Assembly: GCA_973895155.1 (NCBI GenBank)
Contig: OZ316893.1
Coordinates: 23,272,015 to 23,336,014, forward strand
DNA from: Marsupella aquatica
Taxonomy: Eukaryota > Plantae > Marchantiophyta
Direction: 5' to 3'
Length of the DNA: 64,000 nucleotides
The position numbers and the translations under genes are program-made. Positions 47,426 to 61,000 of the stretch are shown here, in pieces. How positions within the stretch are numbered: the first letter of the stretch is position 1; each line of letters begins with the position of its first letter. Below the pieces are notes generated by a model. It was given only the letters and a program-made list of their open reading frames with translations, searched no databases and was not told where the DNA came from.

Positions 47426-49709
47426 ATGGGCACTCTCTGCTGCTCATCGTCGTCCGTTCTGCTACTCTGTGCGGCTGCTTCGCCGCCCTCGTCCTCGTCC
47501 TCTCTCCTCAGCAGAACCAGCAGCATTTCAGAGTCTTCCTGCGGCAGCAGCAGCAGCAGCCGTTTGAATTTGGAGTCCAGAAATTATCCAGTCTTAGGAA
47601 GAAGAGGAAGGTCATGTTCCGAGTCGCAACTCTGGGCCCGATGCAGACGAAGCAGGAGGATGACGCCAAGGGCTGAAGCGAGGTCGGGTTGTCACTTGGC
47701 TGCCGGATCCCGTAATGAGGACCGCAGCAGCTTAGCTCAAAATGAGAAGGTACATCGTAATTCATGATTGAAAATTGTGGAGCTTTAAGCACCAGTCCTC
47801 GTAGTTTCAGGAGTACCAATATTAGTGTAAAATCTACTTGGAAAACTGAAACAGTGGGGTAAAAGGGTCTGTGCTGTCCACCCTTGCTTTGAGGCGCACT
47901 GCTGGCTTCAGCCCCTCTTATGGTAGTGTATTTCCATCTCCTTGCGTTCTCCAATTCAATTGTGTATGCATCAGAGTTTTCATTTCTGCAAAGAGTACGG
48001 GCCTAAGGTGCATTTTCTCCAGACTCACCAGCACAAGATGGGACACAGAGGGGTACGAACCCCTAGGGATATTGAACCTTGTAGTGCAGTTGTCAAGGTG
48101 AAGCCCCTTATGGCAGCAATATTTTTTGGGTGTTTTGTCCTCCCATCTTTCGCTCTCCTGAAATCTTCTGCTGTGACCCAGACAGGAGTTTGCAACGGAT
48201 TCTCAAAGATCAAAATGGCTGGTCTGGGAGCAACAGCATTACTTGCGAATGCTGTTTGTGGAAATGCTTTGGCAGAGGCAGTGGAGGCATCAACAAATGA
48301 GAACTCTAACTTCATGTTCGTTGTCATATGCGTCGGAGAAGCCATTGCTCTCACAGGAGCTGCTGTAGGTGGTAAGTCCTATGATCCGAATAAAATCTTC
48401 TTCGTAACGTTGTGTAAGAAACGGGAGGTAATGTTTGATGAAACAGATCTTCACTTTTGGTCACGGTCTCCAGGGTCCCGGCACAAGTTTAGATACCACT
48501 GAAATTGATCATGGTTGCATATAATGTCAGTTCATTTGTGAGTCTAAAGGTCGCAAGTATGAGGCCTTCTTTCTGGAGGTAAGGTGTGCTGCAAGATGTC
48601 CAGTCATGGTGGATCATCCTATCTCCAGCCAGAGCTTATTTTAAAAATTTCTTTCCCGAGTTCCCATTTTGAAAGATCTGGACTCCGTGTTTTCCACGTT
48701 TCAGGTGTGTTGGCCCGGCAAAGAAAGGTGGAGTTGGAGAAAATAAATGCACAGCTTAGGCAAATAAATGTGAATCTCAGGCGCCAGTCTCGGTTAGAGA
48801 CTTATGCACCCAACTTGACCTATGCTCCAGTCGGAAGTGGACGAATGGCAGAACTTCCGGTTCGTTCTCCCTGAAGATAGCATTAGCCTGGTTGAATTAA
48901 TTACCACAGCAGGTCTAACTTTGACTCAGTATTTCTATACATATTGTGTATCGAGAGTAGGAATTGCAACGCGGCAGGATCTCAGGCAATTCAAACTTTT
49001 CCTTGTTCAAATCTTAAAGAGAATGAGATTCTCAATTGAAGAAGAGATGCAAGGAGGGACCAATCTGACATAACGCATTGTATTAAATGTCAATGTAGGT
49101 TCGAAGTGATCCACTGAGGGATGAGTTGATGCAAGCTTTAAAAGCTGGAAAGCGATATCTCAGAGAGCAAAATCCTGCTGGTGCATATGGAGAATTTCAA
49201 CAAGCTATTGTTCTAGCACAAAAAATCAAAGATGCTGCGGAGGAGAAGAAGGCCACTCGTGGTCTAGGTAATGGCAAAAGCTGTATTTCATTGTTCTGAT
49301 ATTATAGATGTTATTATTCCTTATTCCATCCTTTGCCTCAAACACAAGGGTGCGCTTGTCCGGAGGTGACGGCTGTCATCCTCTCTTGGATCGTATAGAG
49401 AGGATCATATATGAATCTGATGGAGCATCTGTTGGAGTAGTTTTTGAAATTCATGATTTGTGATGTGCTCACTTTGGACATTTGTTTTTGTCTGTAGGTG
49501 CATCATGCCAAAGGCAAGGAAAGTACAAGGAAGCAATTAAGCATCATCTGTTGGTGTTGAATATCTCCAAACGCACTGGGGAGAACTCTGGGGACACAGA
49601 GGCATATGGTGCCATTGCTGATTGCTACACCGAGCTTGGAGATCTTGAAACAGCTGGAAAATACTATGACCGATATATTGAGCGTCTAGAGACCGATGAC
49701 ACGCTTTGA
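47426..49709 (+). CDS. FLU: FLUORESCENT IN BLUE LIGHT, chloroplast TPR regulator of tetrapyrrole synthesis (exons about 47426-47749, ~48185-48371, 48705-48858, 49099-49267, 49498-49709)
   Basis: Ser-rich transit peptide; EAIALTGAAVG|GVLARQRKVELEKINAQLRQINVNLRRQSRLETYAP; EEKKATRGL|GASCQRQGKYKEAIKHH..TEAYGAIADCYTELGDLE. The exon 2 acceptor is uncertain. Confidence 0.92.
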
Positions 49710-51727
49710 CTCGAGGTTTCTGCTAGTTGTGAAAGTACTGGATCATGGCACCGGCCCTAGTTACAGGCATCCAGCCATCTGGCTACCTGTTCATCTGTTG
49801 CTTCAAGTCTCAGGTTCTGGTTCTGTATGCCATTGTTCACAATGCCTCGTACAGCTTAGTTTGAGCGTGTATGATTTGTATTTTACAGTCTTACAATCTT
49901 CCCAAAGTGAACGGCACTTCAGCAGATTTCACATTGTGGAAGGTTTGTTTCGATCCAATAGCTCAGTTTGCTATAGGTCTCATGGGTTTATGGCCGCAAG
50001 GCTACGGCAAGCGTTTTCCAAAAATGTGATTACTCGAGTCATACTGTTACCAAACAGGCTTTCTGCCTGATTAAGCTACGGATGAAGGTTTCAAGTTGAA
50101 CAGCTGCAAAGTTGAGCTGTCTACAGTTTATTTCCAGCACAATTCTCAGCCATGATTGGACATAATGATTACATAGCCATCTACACTTGCTCTCTTTGAG
50201 AATGTTTATAGAATTTCTCAAGTTGGGCAAAACGAACTCATCAGTTGATGATTGAGAGCTGTGGACTTCTCTACTGGCGTTTTTCAAGTTATGTCCCTGT
50301 TTTATTTTTTATTTTCTCAACTTCTACCTGTGTCCAGGTGTCGCTGGTTTAGATAAGCTTTAAATATGCGTTCCCTACAGTATCCCTCCTAATCTGATGG
50401 AGGAGTAATCGTCTTTTCAAATGCTGGACAAATTACAAGTTTCTCTTTGTTCATGCAAAAGAGTGGAATACTCTCATGCAGTCAGTTAACACAAACTTAT
50501 TCAACTACAACAGTAAGACTTTTTTCTTTGATTTATTTCCCAAAGAGCAAAAGTGAGCAAGTTCAAAAAAATAGAATATGCACCTTCTAAACATTATTTC
50601 AGAAAATCTAGAATCCCTTAGAAACCTTTTAACAATAAGTGATCTCTGATTAACGCTGTGAGGTGAAACCATCTCAAAATAAATAATTAAACCAAGAGCA
50701 CTCTCTTCAACGCTGCGACATCAAGCCCTCTCAAAGGAAGTATGATTATTCTTGCTATGGATAGTGGAATGTTCAATCCACCCAAGTTCTTACTATATTC
50801 ATCCTAAATAACTCGAATCACCCCATTTTGATAAGGGGTTAAATTCAATGTTGTGGGGTGTATGTTGTATGTTGACAATATATACAGGGAAATGTTAAAT
50901 GTACCTGAAGTGTATATACTAACATAAATAACATATAATTTGATATAAGGAAATGTTAGGTCCACCCCACAATCTTACAATATGCACCCCACAACAAACC
51001 CAACCAGTGAATACCATGCATAGGTATTATAAACCGGTAGGTTATTGCAATACCATCCATCTGGTATGTCTGGCTGGGTCTGTTATTACAATAATCTATG
51101 AGTGCCAATCACAATGCCACTCAGTCTTCCCAGTACAAGTACCAACCATTCACTATAGTGCGGAGGACTGAGGCTGTTCGCTGTGGGCCTCCTCTAGACA
51201 AATTTCTCTTTGTGACCCTCTTATGCAGTTTATTCCTGACCTTTGCCAGACTTTTCAGTTTACTACTGGGTAGGCCTCTTGGGCTTTTTGGCGCTTCGGT
51301 CTTTGGATGTTTTGTCCTTGTTTTCTTCCCTTTACTTGCCTTTGGGATCTTATCTCCTCGTTTGGTGCATTTTGGTTTTTGGCAGTACCTTATAGCGGTA
51401 CTAGCCCAACCCTGGCCATGGAAGTTCTCCTGGAAGTGGGGTCTCACACTCCCATTCCCAGTGTTGGAAACTAGGTTCCATGACTTACTTACTGCTGTAC
51501 CCAGTCAAATTAAAAACTCAGGTTACTTACTCCTGTACCCAATCAATTTACAAACCCAGGTTACTTACTCCTTCACCCAATCAATGTAATGTATGTCCTT
51601 GGGGACACCTTTCCTCTAGAAAGGCCGTGAAGGACTGCAAAGAGCCGAGTCTACTTGTCTGCCAGCTCTCTCGTGTACCTGAGCAAAAAAATTCCGAGAG
51701 TTCCAATTCTGAGAAGAGAGAAGAAAC

Positions 51728-54700
51728 ATGGGAGAGCACGATGGACCTGCTTGGGACTGCCAATTCAAGTTGGTAAGTAAGCCGTTTGTATTGTATGTGG
51801 ATAGGCACCATCAATTCTCACAGCCCACTTCCTCTTGAATTGCTGAGACTGTTACATCGGCTTCTTCCACAGCCTCTCCCCTTCTAACATATGCCTGTGT
51901 CTTTCTAGGCCTTATACTGTTCCTAGTAGCACATTTATCTGACCATCATCTAAGACGGCATTGAACTAAGAGAAGAGAATCTGAAGATATGTTGTTTAAC
52001 AATGAGCCATATCGGACTAAGAGAGTAGAATCTGGAGAGATGTTGTTAGATTGTGAGCCGTGCTACTCCGTTGCTGTCTACTCGTTGTCAGCGTTGGTTT
52101 CCCTCGTAGATTTGCCGCGTTTTACTTTCTTTTCCTCGCCCCAATTGAATTGGAGATCTGTGGGCTTGAATCCGTTCATTCCAAGCTTGGATGCTGACAG
52201 TTTTCACCCATTGCATCCCTTCCTACCTACTGTACAGTGCTGTCTCAGCGTTGCTGTCTGTCTTCTTGGAACACCCAGTCTCGAATTGGATTTCTCAGTC
52301 CGAATGGAAAGGTTTTGAATGGATGAATGGTTTGTTAAGGTCAGGCTTCGTACTGAGGTACCCTTTTTCTTCTGAATTGACCTCCTAATGAATAAATGCA
52401 TGGTTTGTTAAGGTGAAGACTCTTACTGAGGTACCCGTTGTCTCATGAGTTGACCTGGTAATGAAGGAGTGAATGCATGGTTTGTTAAAGTCATACCTCT
52501 TATTGAGGTCGCCAGTTTCTTATGGATTAACCTAGTAATGAATGAATAAGTGGTTTGTTAAGGCCAGGCCTTCCTGAGGTACCCTTTTTCTTACTAATTG
52601 ACCTCCTAATGAATGAATGAATGAATGAAAGGTTTGTTAAGGTCAAGCTTACTTAGGTACCCTTTTTCGCATGAATTGACCTCCTATAGATGAACGAATG
52701 ATTGTGAAGGTCAAGCCTCTTACTGAGGTATCTTTTTTGTTATGATCCTCTCCCTTGGCTTCCAGGTGGATACTTCAATTTTTTTTGAATCAGAAGGGAG
52801 ACCGCACATTCTCCTTGAATCGACCAGCACTAGATAGGACACGAAACCCTATAGTCTACATGATTACCTCAGTAGAAGAGGGAGTGGAAAACATGACATT
52901 GTTGGGCTTCGCTGTTGTGGTTCTTCTGTTCTGTGTACAGAGAAGCAATCCGGTCCGTCACCGGGAAAGCGTTCGCATCGGATGTGGAGCAGGATTTGCA
53001 GGCGACAGGACTTCCGCAGCGTTGAGGCTCCTGAAGCAGGTGCCAAAGATGAACTATCTGGTGCTGGAATGTCTAGCAGAACGAACTCTCTCGAATCGAT
53101 TTGATGCCATGGGTAATGGTGGCAAAGGATACGACCCTCGAAGTAAGTAAACTAGAAAATTCATATATGCCTGCCCGCTACCTATTGTGAATCATTTTGG
53201 GCATTTTTTGGTCTGGTCTGTCTGAAATGCTTTCTTGCTATTTCTCCGTTCCTCCTCATGGGACTTGTAATGCGTTGTAACCGTGGAGATATCGATGATT
53301 ATTCAAGAGTTGGTGCATTACGATGAAACTCTGATGACAGTGATTTCCAGATGCTCCTAGACTTGAGACGTGCTCCCCTCCCCTCCCCTCCCCTCCCCTC
53401 CCCTCCCTGGTCTTTGTGTATAAGGCCATGAGAATCTATGCTATCCATCATGCAGTGCAGACCATCCAATTACTCTGAGGACATCAGCTGGAGATGTGGT
53501 TTTTTCGTGACTAGCCCTGAACTAGTAGTCGTGAGATATGTTTACTGGTCTCTTCTCTAGTGACTCGTCCAACATATTGGCTGGTAGACATCAGTGATGA
53601 TTTACTTACCCTTACGCTTTGATAGATCTCATTCAGAAAATTGTTTTCCTCTGAAAAAATGAACTTTCCAGAGTGCTAACGCTGGCAGATGTACTCCTTG
53701 CCCTTGTTTAAGAGAACCATTGAATTATTTTACAGTCCAGGTGGACTCAATTACTTGCAAAAGAGAGAGACAGGGAGAGGAGGGCTATGCACACGACAAG
53801 GAGTGCATTCATGGATTCATACATGAAGGAATGATATACCCACTTCTAGCTGGCAGTGAATGGGGAACGTGTCAACTGCATATAATAGAGTTAGAGTGCT
53901 GCTCAAACTGGCTTCTCTAAATGGAGAGGGAGGAGGGTGGTGGGGCTGAATTGGTGCCTTGCTCTTAGTGCTAATGGACATCCTGATGTGTTTTTGGCAG
54001 TTTCTGAATGGATGAGCGTGCTTCTACCTGTGGCTCTACAACACGGAGTGTGCATCATCACCAACATGGGCGCAAGTATGCTAAATTCACTGGCTGAAAT
54101 CTGTCTGAGAGTCTTAGAAAGTCTCGAAAATTATCTGAAATTATCAATTCTGTGTGGCTGCAGTTGATGCCGTTGGCGCTCAGGATGAAGTTCTGAGGAC
54201 AGCAGCAGCTCTTGATCTTCAAGTGACTGTTGCTGTTGCTTACGAGGTCCAGCCAAGCGCGGCAACAATGGTGAGTATTGTCTGACCACCAGGGTAGTGA
54301 AACCCTAAATAAGTATCAGTGCTTTGCAGTTTGGTTCGTCTTGATGTGAAACCGATTAACAGCTAGCATTCTGTCCTCAAACTTCCGTGTTTGAACTATT
54401 CAGAGTCTACTCATGCGTGTGCTATCCGACAATAGGTGCCCTTTTCAATGAAATGTTTGTTTCAGATTGCAGGGTTCCAGCACATATCTCGGTGCTGCTC
54501 CGATTGTCCATCTACTGGAAACATCTAAACCGGATGTTATCATCACCAGTCGTACAGCTGATGCAGCTTTGTTTCTTGCACCGATGGTAATCATCATACA
54601 CAGCCAATGAAAGTGTGCTGTATCGCACCTCCTAAATCTTTATAGGGATATGTTCCGCTGTTGGTTTTATATTTCACGTAGTCATTAATCAGGAATTCCA

Positions 54701-57374
54701 ACGTAAAATAATATTGTCTGAACCGGTACTCCAGGTTTTTGAGCTTGGTTGGAACTGGGATCAGTTTTGGGAACTTTCCCAGGGAACGTTGACAGGGCAT
54801 CTTCTGGAATGTGGATGCCAGCTGACAGGTGGTTACTACATGCATCCTGGTAAGCTGACGTTTATCCTACTTGGATTATTTTTTCCCCTTTCAGTTGATA
54901 TGCATGTTTGAACTGTGCTTTCGTCCAAACCTCTCCCATAACGACCCGGACTACGTCATACAACAGCTGATGCAAACAGAAACATTTCTCTCGACGGGCT
55001 TCTGCGCACTTCACTCCCATACGCGGATGTGAGTTGGAACGGGGATGTTGTCCTTGCTAAGCCTGCGGGTAGTGGTGGGGAGCTGAGTGTGGCAACATGT
55101 TCTGAGCAACTTTTGTATGAAATAGCGGACCCTTCAGCATACATCACCCCTGATGTGGTAAGATCTTCTATATGTGTAAAGCAGTAGAAATCTGCAGCTT
55201 TCTGGGCCTACTTCTAAGCATGGATCTCAAATTTGTTCAATAAACTGTATGATTTCGCTGCTTCGCCCTGTGGAGTTTGTAAGGAGTTACAGTTTGAAAT
55301 CTTCATTGCAGATCATCGATTTGAATGATGTGAGCTTCGTAGAACTCTCTGAGCATAGGGTGATTGCTGAAGGAGCCAAACCTGCCTCTCTTCAATGGCC
55401 TGAGGAATTGTTGCGTCTTGTACCAGAGGTAAGTATCTGTTCCCTTTTTCAAACTTCCCCTGGGTTGTTACTAAGATCCTACACTTAACGTACTTCTTTC
55501 TCCCACTGCAGTCAAATGCAACGATTGTAGTTAGAGGGTTATCATAGAGGGAACGGAGTGCGCAACTGGGCAGCCAGACTGGAACCTGTGTAGAAACACA
55601 GAGTAGAGGAACCACTGAGATTTTGGCAGCGATTGTAATTAGCTTATGTAAACAGCCCGTGTATAAAGATGGGAGCAATACAGCTGTACGCATTTTCCTT
55701 TCATCTCGAAAGCATGCACCTGTTTAGGTTTTAAAATGAACGCATGTATTGTTTTAACAAGTGCTGAAACATGTGATATTTGAAGGTTTGTGGCTGGAAA
55801 GGCTGGGGAGAAATATCATACGGTGGCAGAGGCTGCGAAGAAAGAGCTGCTGCAGCAGACTTTCTGGTTAGAACCTTTTTCCACATCCATGCATATCATT
55901 GTGAGATGATAGGTGGATTTTCATACAGCTGGATGTGAAGAGTGATTTTTATATAATGATGCAACCAAGTTCGGTATTGAACAACGTATGTGAATACGTA
56001 GTCGCTCACTGTAGCTGAAGGAAAAGCCAATCATGCATTAACAAGTCCGGATCGCCTTCTCAGGTCCGCTCGTGGATGGAAGAAACGGTTGCTGGTAGCA
56101 GTGTTAGCATATTATCATATTTAGTTGGGAAAAACAGCCTCGGCATTGGCCCAGTACACCAAGCAGACATTCCTAGCCCTGAGCTCCGAGAAGTAAGGCT
56201 CCGCATGGACGGGCTTTTCGAATCCCAGGCACATGCACAAAGGCTGACAGAGGAGTTTGGAGCGTTGTATACAAATGGCCCAGCCGGTGGTGGGGGCATT
56301 AGGTACTCGCAATTCTTTCTGCGAACTTTATTTATTCAATTTGTGCTGCTCAGCTGTGACCTTTGCAAAGTTAGAGCAGTTGAGATCCACATGCAAGGTT
56401 TATCTTAGAAGTTTGCTGCATTAGTAGATTGGAGTAAACTTCAAATTCTGAGCTCATGACTCCATGTTGAATGTAATTGTCTGAACGTATTCAGCTTAGG
56501 TCATTGCAAGGAGACTGCACTGCATAAAATTCTGGTTGGCCCTCCCCAAGAGCTCTCTTGTCTTCGATGACATAACCTCGCAACCGTATAAAATTGTTTC
56601 AATTCATTTCTTTCAGCTCGTGGTCTCTAGTTTGTGGTGCCAACACACTAGACATTGTAGCTTTTCCTTACATTCTTGAAAAGAGATACTGAATTTCTGG
56701 TTTTCTGGTTGCCCAAGAGAGAAGAGATGATTCTTCTGAGGTTGATTATGTTATTGTTGTGGATGAAATTTATCAACGGCTTCTCTGATTGCGTGACCTG
56801 TCTTCTACTATCCTCCCACAAGGTGCCTCGCGGAGAAGTATACTGGAAAATCGCAGTGAAGTCTTCCTCCGGCTCAAACTTGCTTGCCGATCTGCCTGAC
56901 AGTCAAGATAGCATTATCTTACGCAAGATATCACGAGGGAAGTGTGAAGCACCAGCTCCAGGGGGAGTGAGCGTACCGCTATATCAGGTTGCACATGGAA
57001 GAACAGGAGACAAGGGCAACCAAGTCAACATTAGTCTAATCCCACATTGGCCCAAAGACATAGATCGCTTACGAGCGGTCATACATCACAAATGGGTGGA
57101 AGAAGTGATGGGAACACTGCTCAAACATGGTCTCAATGGTCACAGCTCTCTTATGAAGGAAGCTGATTGCAAGATTACACCGGCAACTGACACAAGCATG
57201 AGCAAGGAAGGGAAAATGCAAATTGATATTTATCATGTGAAAGGAGTGAGTGCACTGAACTTGGTGATTACCAATATTCTAGACGGAGGTGTGACTTGCT
57301 CTAGACGGATTGACCGTCATGGGAAGTCGCTATCAGATCTGATTTTGAGTCAACGGGTGACTCTGCCAGTCTGA
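51728..57374 (+). CDS. Acyclic terpene utilization AtuA / DUF1446 family protein (At1g01770-type), multi-exon
   Basis: MGEHDGPAWDCQFKL (51728-51772, GTAAGT donor) | RSNPVRHRESVRIGCGAGFAGDR..YLVLECLAERTL | CIITNMGA | STYLGAAPIV | GHLLECGCQLTGGY | CSEQLLYEIADPSAYITPD | GWKGWGEISYGG | LYTNGPAGGGG | AHGRTGDKGN..LDGGVTCSRRIDRHGKSLS. Confidence 0.9.
52315..52735. repeat. ~75-bp tandem repeat x6 in intron 1 of the AtuA-like gene
   Basis: AATGAAT..GGTTTGTTAAGGTCA..TACTGAGGTACCC..TGAATTGACCT units. Confidence 0.88.
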
Positions 57375-57732
57375 GTGTCCGCATCTCTGTACCACCATAG
57401 ATTCGATTTGCTCTGCTCCCACGAAATAGAGCCCATGGTGGACATCATATGTTTTCAAGCTGGATGAACGTGTTTTGATCATTTGTAGTTTACAATATGG
57501 TGCTTTTGTAGTGTACCATAGTTATTATGAACAATCATTCAAAGTGACGGCTAGCCAAAGCTGTCTGGTGTTGAATGAACATGTGTATACAGTTGTAATT
57601 ATTTTCATGTTTGTGATTCGAGTCTGTGGTGACCATCGAAACCAGAATGTGGAAGGATACCTTCTGTCCACATGTATTGACAACATCATCATTGCTCAGT
57701 AGTAAACGAGAACGCAACCTTGTGTGCATGTT

Positions 57733-57889
57733 TCGCTAACAAGAACAGCCATGACTGTTCAGCATCCTTTAATCTTATTGAGCGAATCTTCGACTGCTGA
57801 CTAAAGTATGCTTTGCTAACAAGAACAGCCATGACTCTGTTCAGCATCTTTTGATCTAATTGAGCGAATCTTCGACGGCTGACTAAAGT
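57733..57889. repeat. ~80-bp tandem duplication between convergent gene ends
   Basis: GCTAACAAGAACAGCCATGACT..TTCAGCATC..TTGAGCGAATCTTCGAC.GCTGACTAAAGT occurs twice. Confidence 0.85.
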
Positions 57890-58043
57890 CCGTGGTCCTG
57901 GGAAACTGCTTATCTTGGTTTGAAACTTTGAACGTCTCGAGTCACTACGAACGAGCAATTTACAGTTCCAATGCATATATGACACTTGCAAGAAAATAGG
58001 AAGAGACGTAAATACAGCCTGACTAAGACCTCAAGTAGGTATT

Positions 58044-61000
58044 AGACTCCTGCTAAATCGTGAAAGCCATCAGGGTAACCGACGGCCGCAAGATCCTCAC
58101 GTCCAGTACGGTGATGCATTTTCTTAATCGCCTTTTGACTTGCGTTCCAAACTGAAGGAAATGTTTGAAAGAACCCAGGAAACAGACAGGTGAGACATCA
58201 TTAAACGGTAGAACAACGGACCACTACATCCTGAAGACCTTCAAGGTGGATAATATCAAGGTGTAATCCATTCCATTAAAAGTTGAAGCGTGACGCATGC
58301 TTTTGCCCTTGGTTGTTACACAATGTTAAGCCAATTGTCAGAGACATTATATGGTTTCTGAGTTTTCTGAGAAGATATTTCACACAGCGACAGTACAGAA
58401 GAAATAAATGCATTATACAACAGAGTTCAGCTTTCCGTGGCATCAACAGAACCTGGAGTCTTTAGCGTCTGGACATCCACAACTTTGAGAGAAGGGGGGC
58501 CATACACAACAAAACCCATTTTCGCTTCGGCAGTTCCTCGTTTCTTGTTCTCAACCACATTGGTAATATCCTCACCCAGACGATTTAGAGACATAGTAAA
58601 GCCTGGAAACCTTAGGTCCTGGAAAACTAAATCAGCGTCCCCTACATTTTATGCGACTTTTAAGGCCATTCTGCGTACTTCTGTCACCCAAACAATTTGG
58701 GATAAGATCATGCCACTACTTCCGATCAATGTTGGTATGCATTAGGCATTCTTTTACTGTTGTACATGGGGCATACGCCAACAGTGTTCCCTCCGGAATC
58801 AAGCGCATCTTGCGAAAGTTGTGTCCCCAATGTCCCACGTCAAAGATTGCACTGAAGACATTATGATGGAAAGACCCTTATCTTTTAAACAAAAACTGCA
58901 CCGGATGCATTTAATAAGTGTTAAGGACACCGGGATCCAGCCCAAGCGTTGTACCTCCAAGAACAGAGTTATTTAAGTCAATCATGAAACAGATCGTCTG
59001 CTTAAGCCAGAATGCTGTCCACCTTGTGCCTTGTCTGAATGAATCCGCGAGTTGCCTGCCAGGTGCTTTGCTTACATTTGTGCACTACAGAGGTGAACTT
59101 AAACATAAAGTTCCTGCAAAAAATTAAAGGACTCGACAGTACATAATACAACAATGCGACCACAGAAACCAATCCAAGTCAGGCTCTTTCCAGGGAACTG
59201 ACTACCAGATGACAAACAATTTGACGACAGATTCGTAAAATTGACCAGAAGGACCGCACTCAATTGCCTTGACTGACACTGACTCGTCCTGGGGAAGAAA
59301 ACCTCCGTGATGGAGATCCTTCCCTTTTCTTCCTGTCTTGGACTGGCCCTGATCCAGGCCCTTGTTCAACAGGAAGGACTACCTTCCTAGGTTGCCCTGC
59401 TGAATTTACTATCCGCTGAACAAATACATTACCACCACTAGTTTGAAGGTTTGGAACTACACTTCCTACATTTCTTAAAATACCGAGAGCGTCATTACCA
59501 GACGCAGCAACTGTAGAGCCATGATATTTTGGTGTACTGAGAGACCGTGTATTATAGGGCAGTCCTCGTGTACCCTTGCTAAATTGAGTAGAAGAAGAAG
59601 ATGGTTCCTTATCTGTATTCAAAGAGAGACTTCCCATGGAGTTGTCAAGACAAACCCCTTTCGAGAGGCCATTTTGGGTTGATCTTCTCATACTACTTGG
59701 TCGACCTGGAGTTGGCCCTTGTGCCTTCTGTGATTTGCTGCCCTCCTCATGGTACTGTAGATACCACAACAAATTCATCATATGTCTTTAAGAAGAGTAA
59801 AGAAGATTTCCTGGCACTCCAACCTTCACTCTGGGTGTACAGTTCTCATATTGCAGTTGTTTAAGAAACAAAATAGACAGAATCAATTGATGAGTACCTT
59901 TGAATCGTTGCTGTTTGAAAACACAGCATTAGTGTTGTTACAGTTGACATTTCCACACATAGGCACTTCATGGTGATGAGCACCCCTATCCTCCTTTGTT
60001 TGATTGGGCATGCAAGACAGTGAGCTGTTGTTTGACGAAATTCTCTTCAGTCTTTGTAAAAATGGTGGAGACTGCTGCTCTGGCCAAGTTGAGTGGGCAC
60101 CCTTGGTGCGGTTAGCTAGACCATTGCGTGGAGGTGACACCTGGCAGTAATACAATACCAACATATTAGAGTCAGTGACAGCACCTTTCGAAACGCAAAA
60201 ATGAAGATTTACCTTTAAAATACTTTATGGCATCTGCTTTTCCCTCGTGGTCAGAAGGTTCAGGTAACAACTTGTACAGCATTAGGTTTAACCAAGTCCA
60301 TACTTCGATAATATGCCTTTTACCTAGAGATGACTGGAAAAAGATTTCCTAAAGTGAATTTCTACCCATGCCAACAACATAAGGATTTCGGATTGAATTT
60401 TCAATTTTGTAGGGTCAACAAGGGACTGGAATCTATCCTTCTGGTCGCCCTAACGACAGAGTCACCACAATGGAGAAGGTGGCAAACTGACGAATCTTCT
60501 CAAACCAAGAGACTATTGATGCATCCAGGGTAACTTACATGTTCCCTCACAACGTCCCTTCTGACCACTGGATTTGCAGTATAAGCCCGATTACTAGCGT
60601 TCGAGTACCTAGCTTTCCCTGCATTCCATGCTGGAGTGCCGGCTGCTGATGTAGATGTCAAAGATCCCAGTGAGGTTGACTTGTCATTCAGCAGAGATGG
60701 AGGAGCACCCTCAGTGGCAGAGGTTGGTAAATAATCTCTACTGTTGGCATTGGCTTGCGCAAGCTGTTGCCTCATTATATCACCCTGCAGGCACGCCAAA
60801 CGCTCGAGGAATTGAGTCCCACAATTCAAAGTATCCCCAAAATACAATTCCTTTAGACCGCTATTCTAACGGGAGAACATGTACTCGCGCAATTCAGGCA
60901 AAAAGTGGATCATGACTATTGTGTCTCCAAGGCCAGTGGCTCGACACTTTTAACACCTAGGAGCAAGTGAAGCAGTAGAGGAATAATTTGAAATCAAAAC

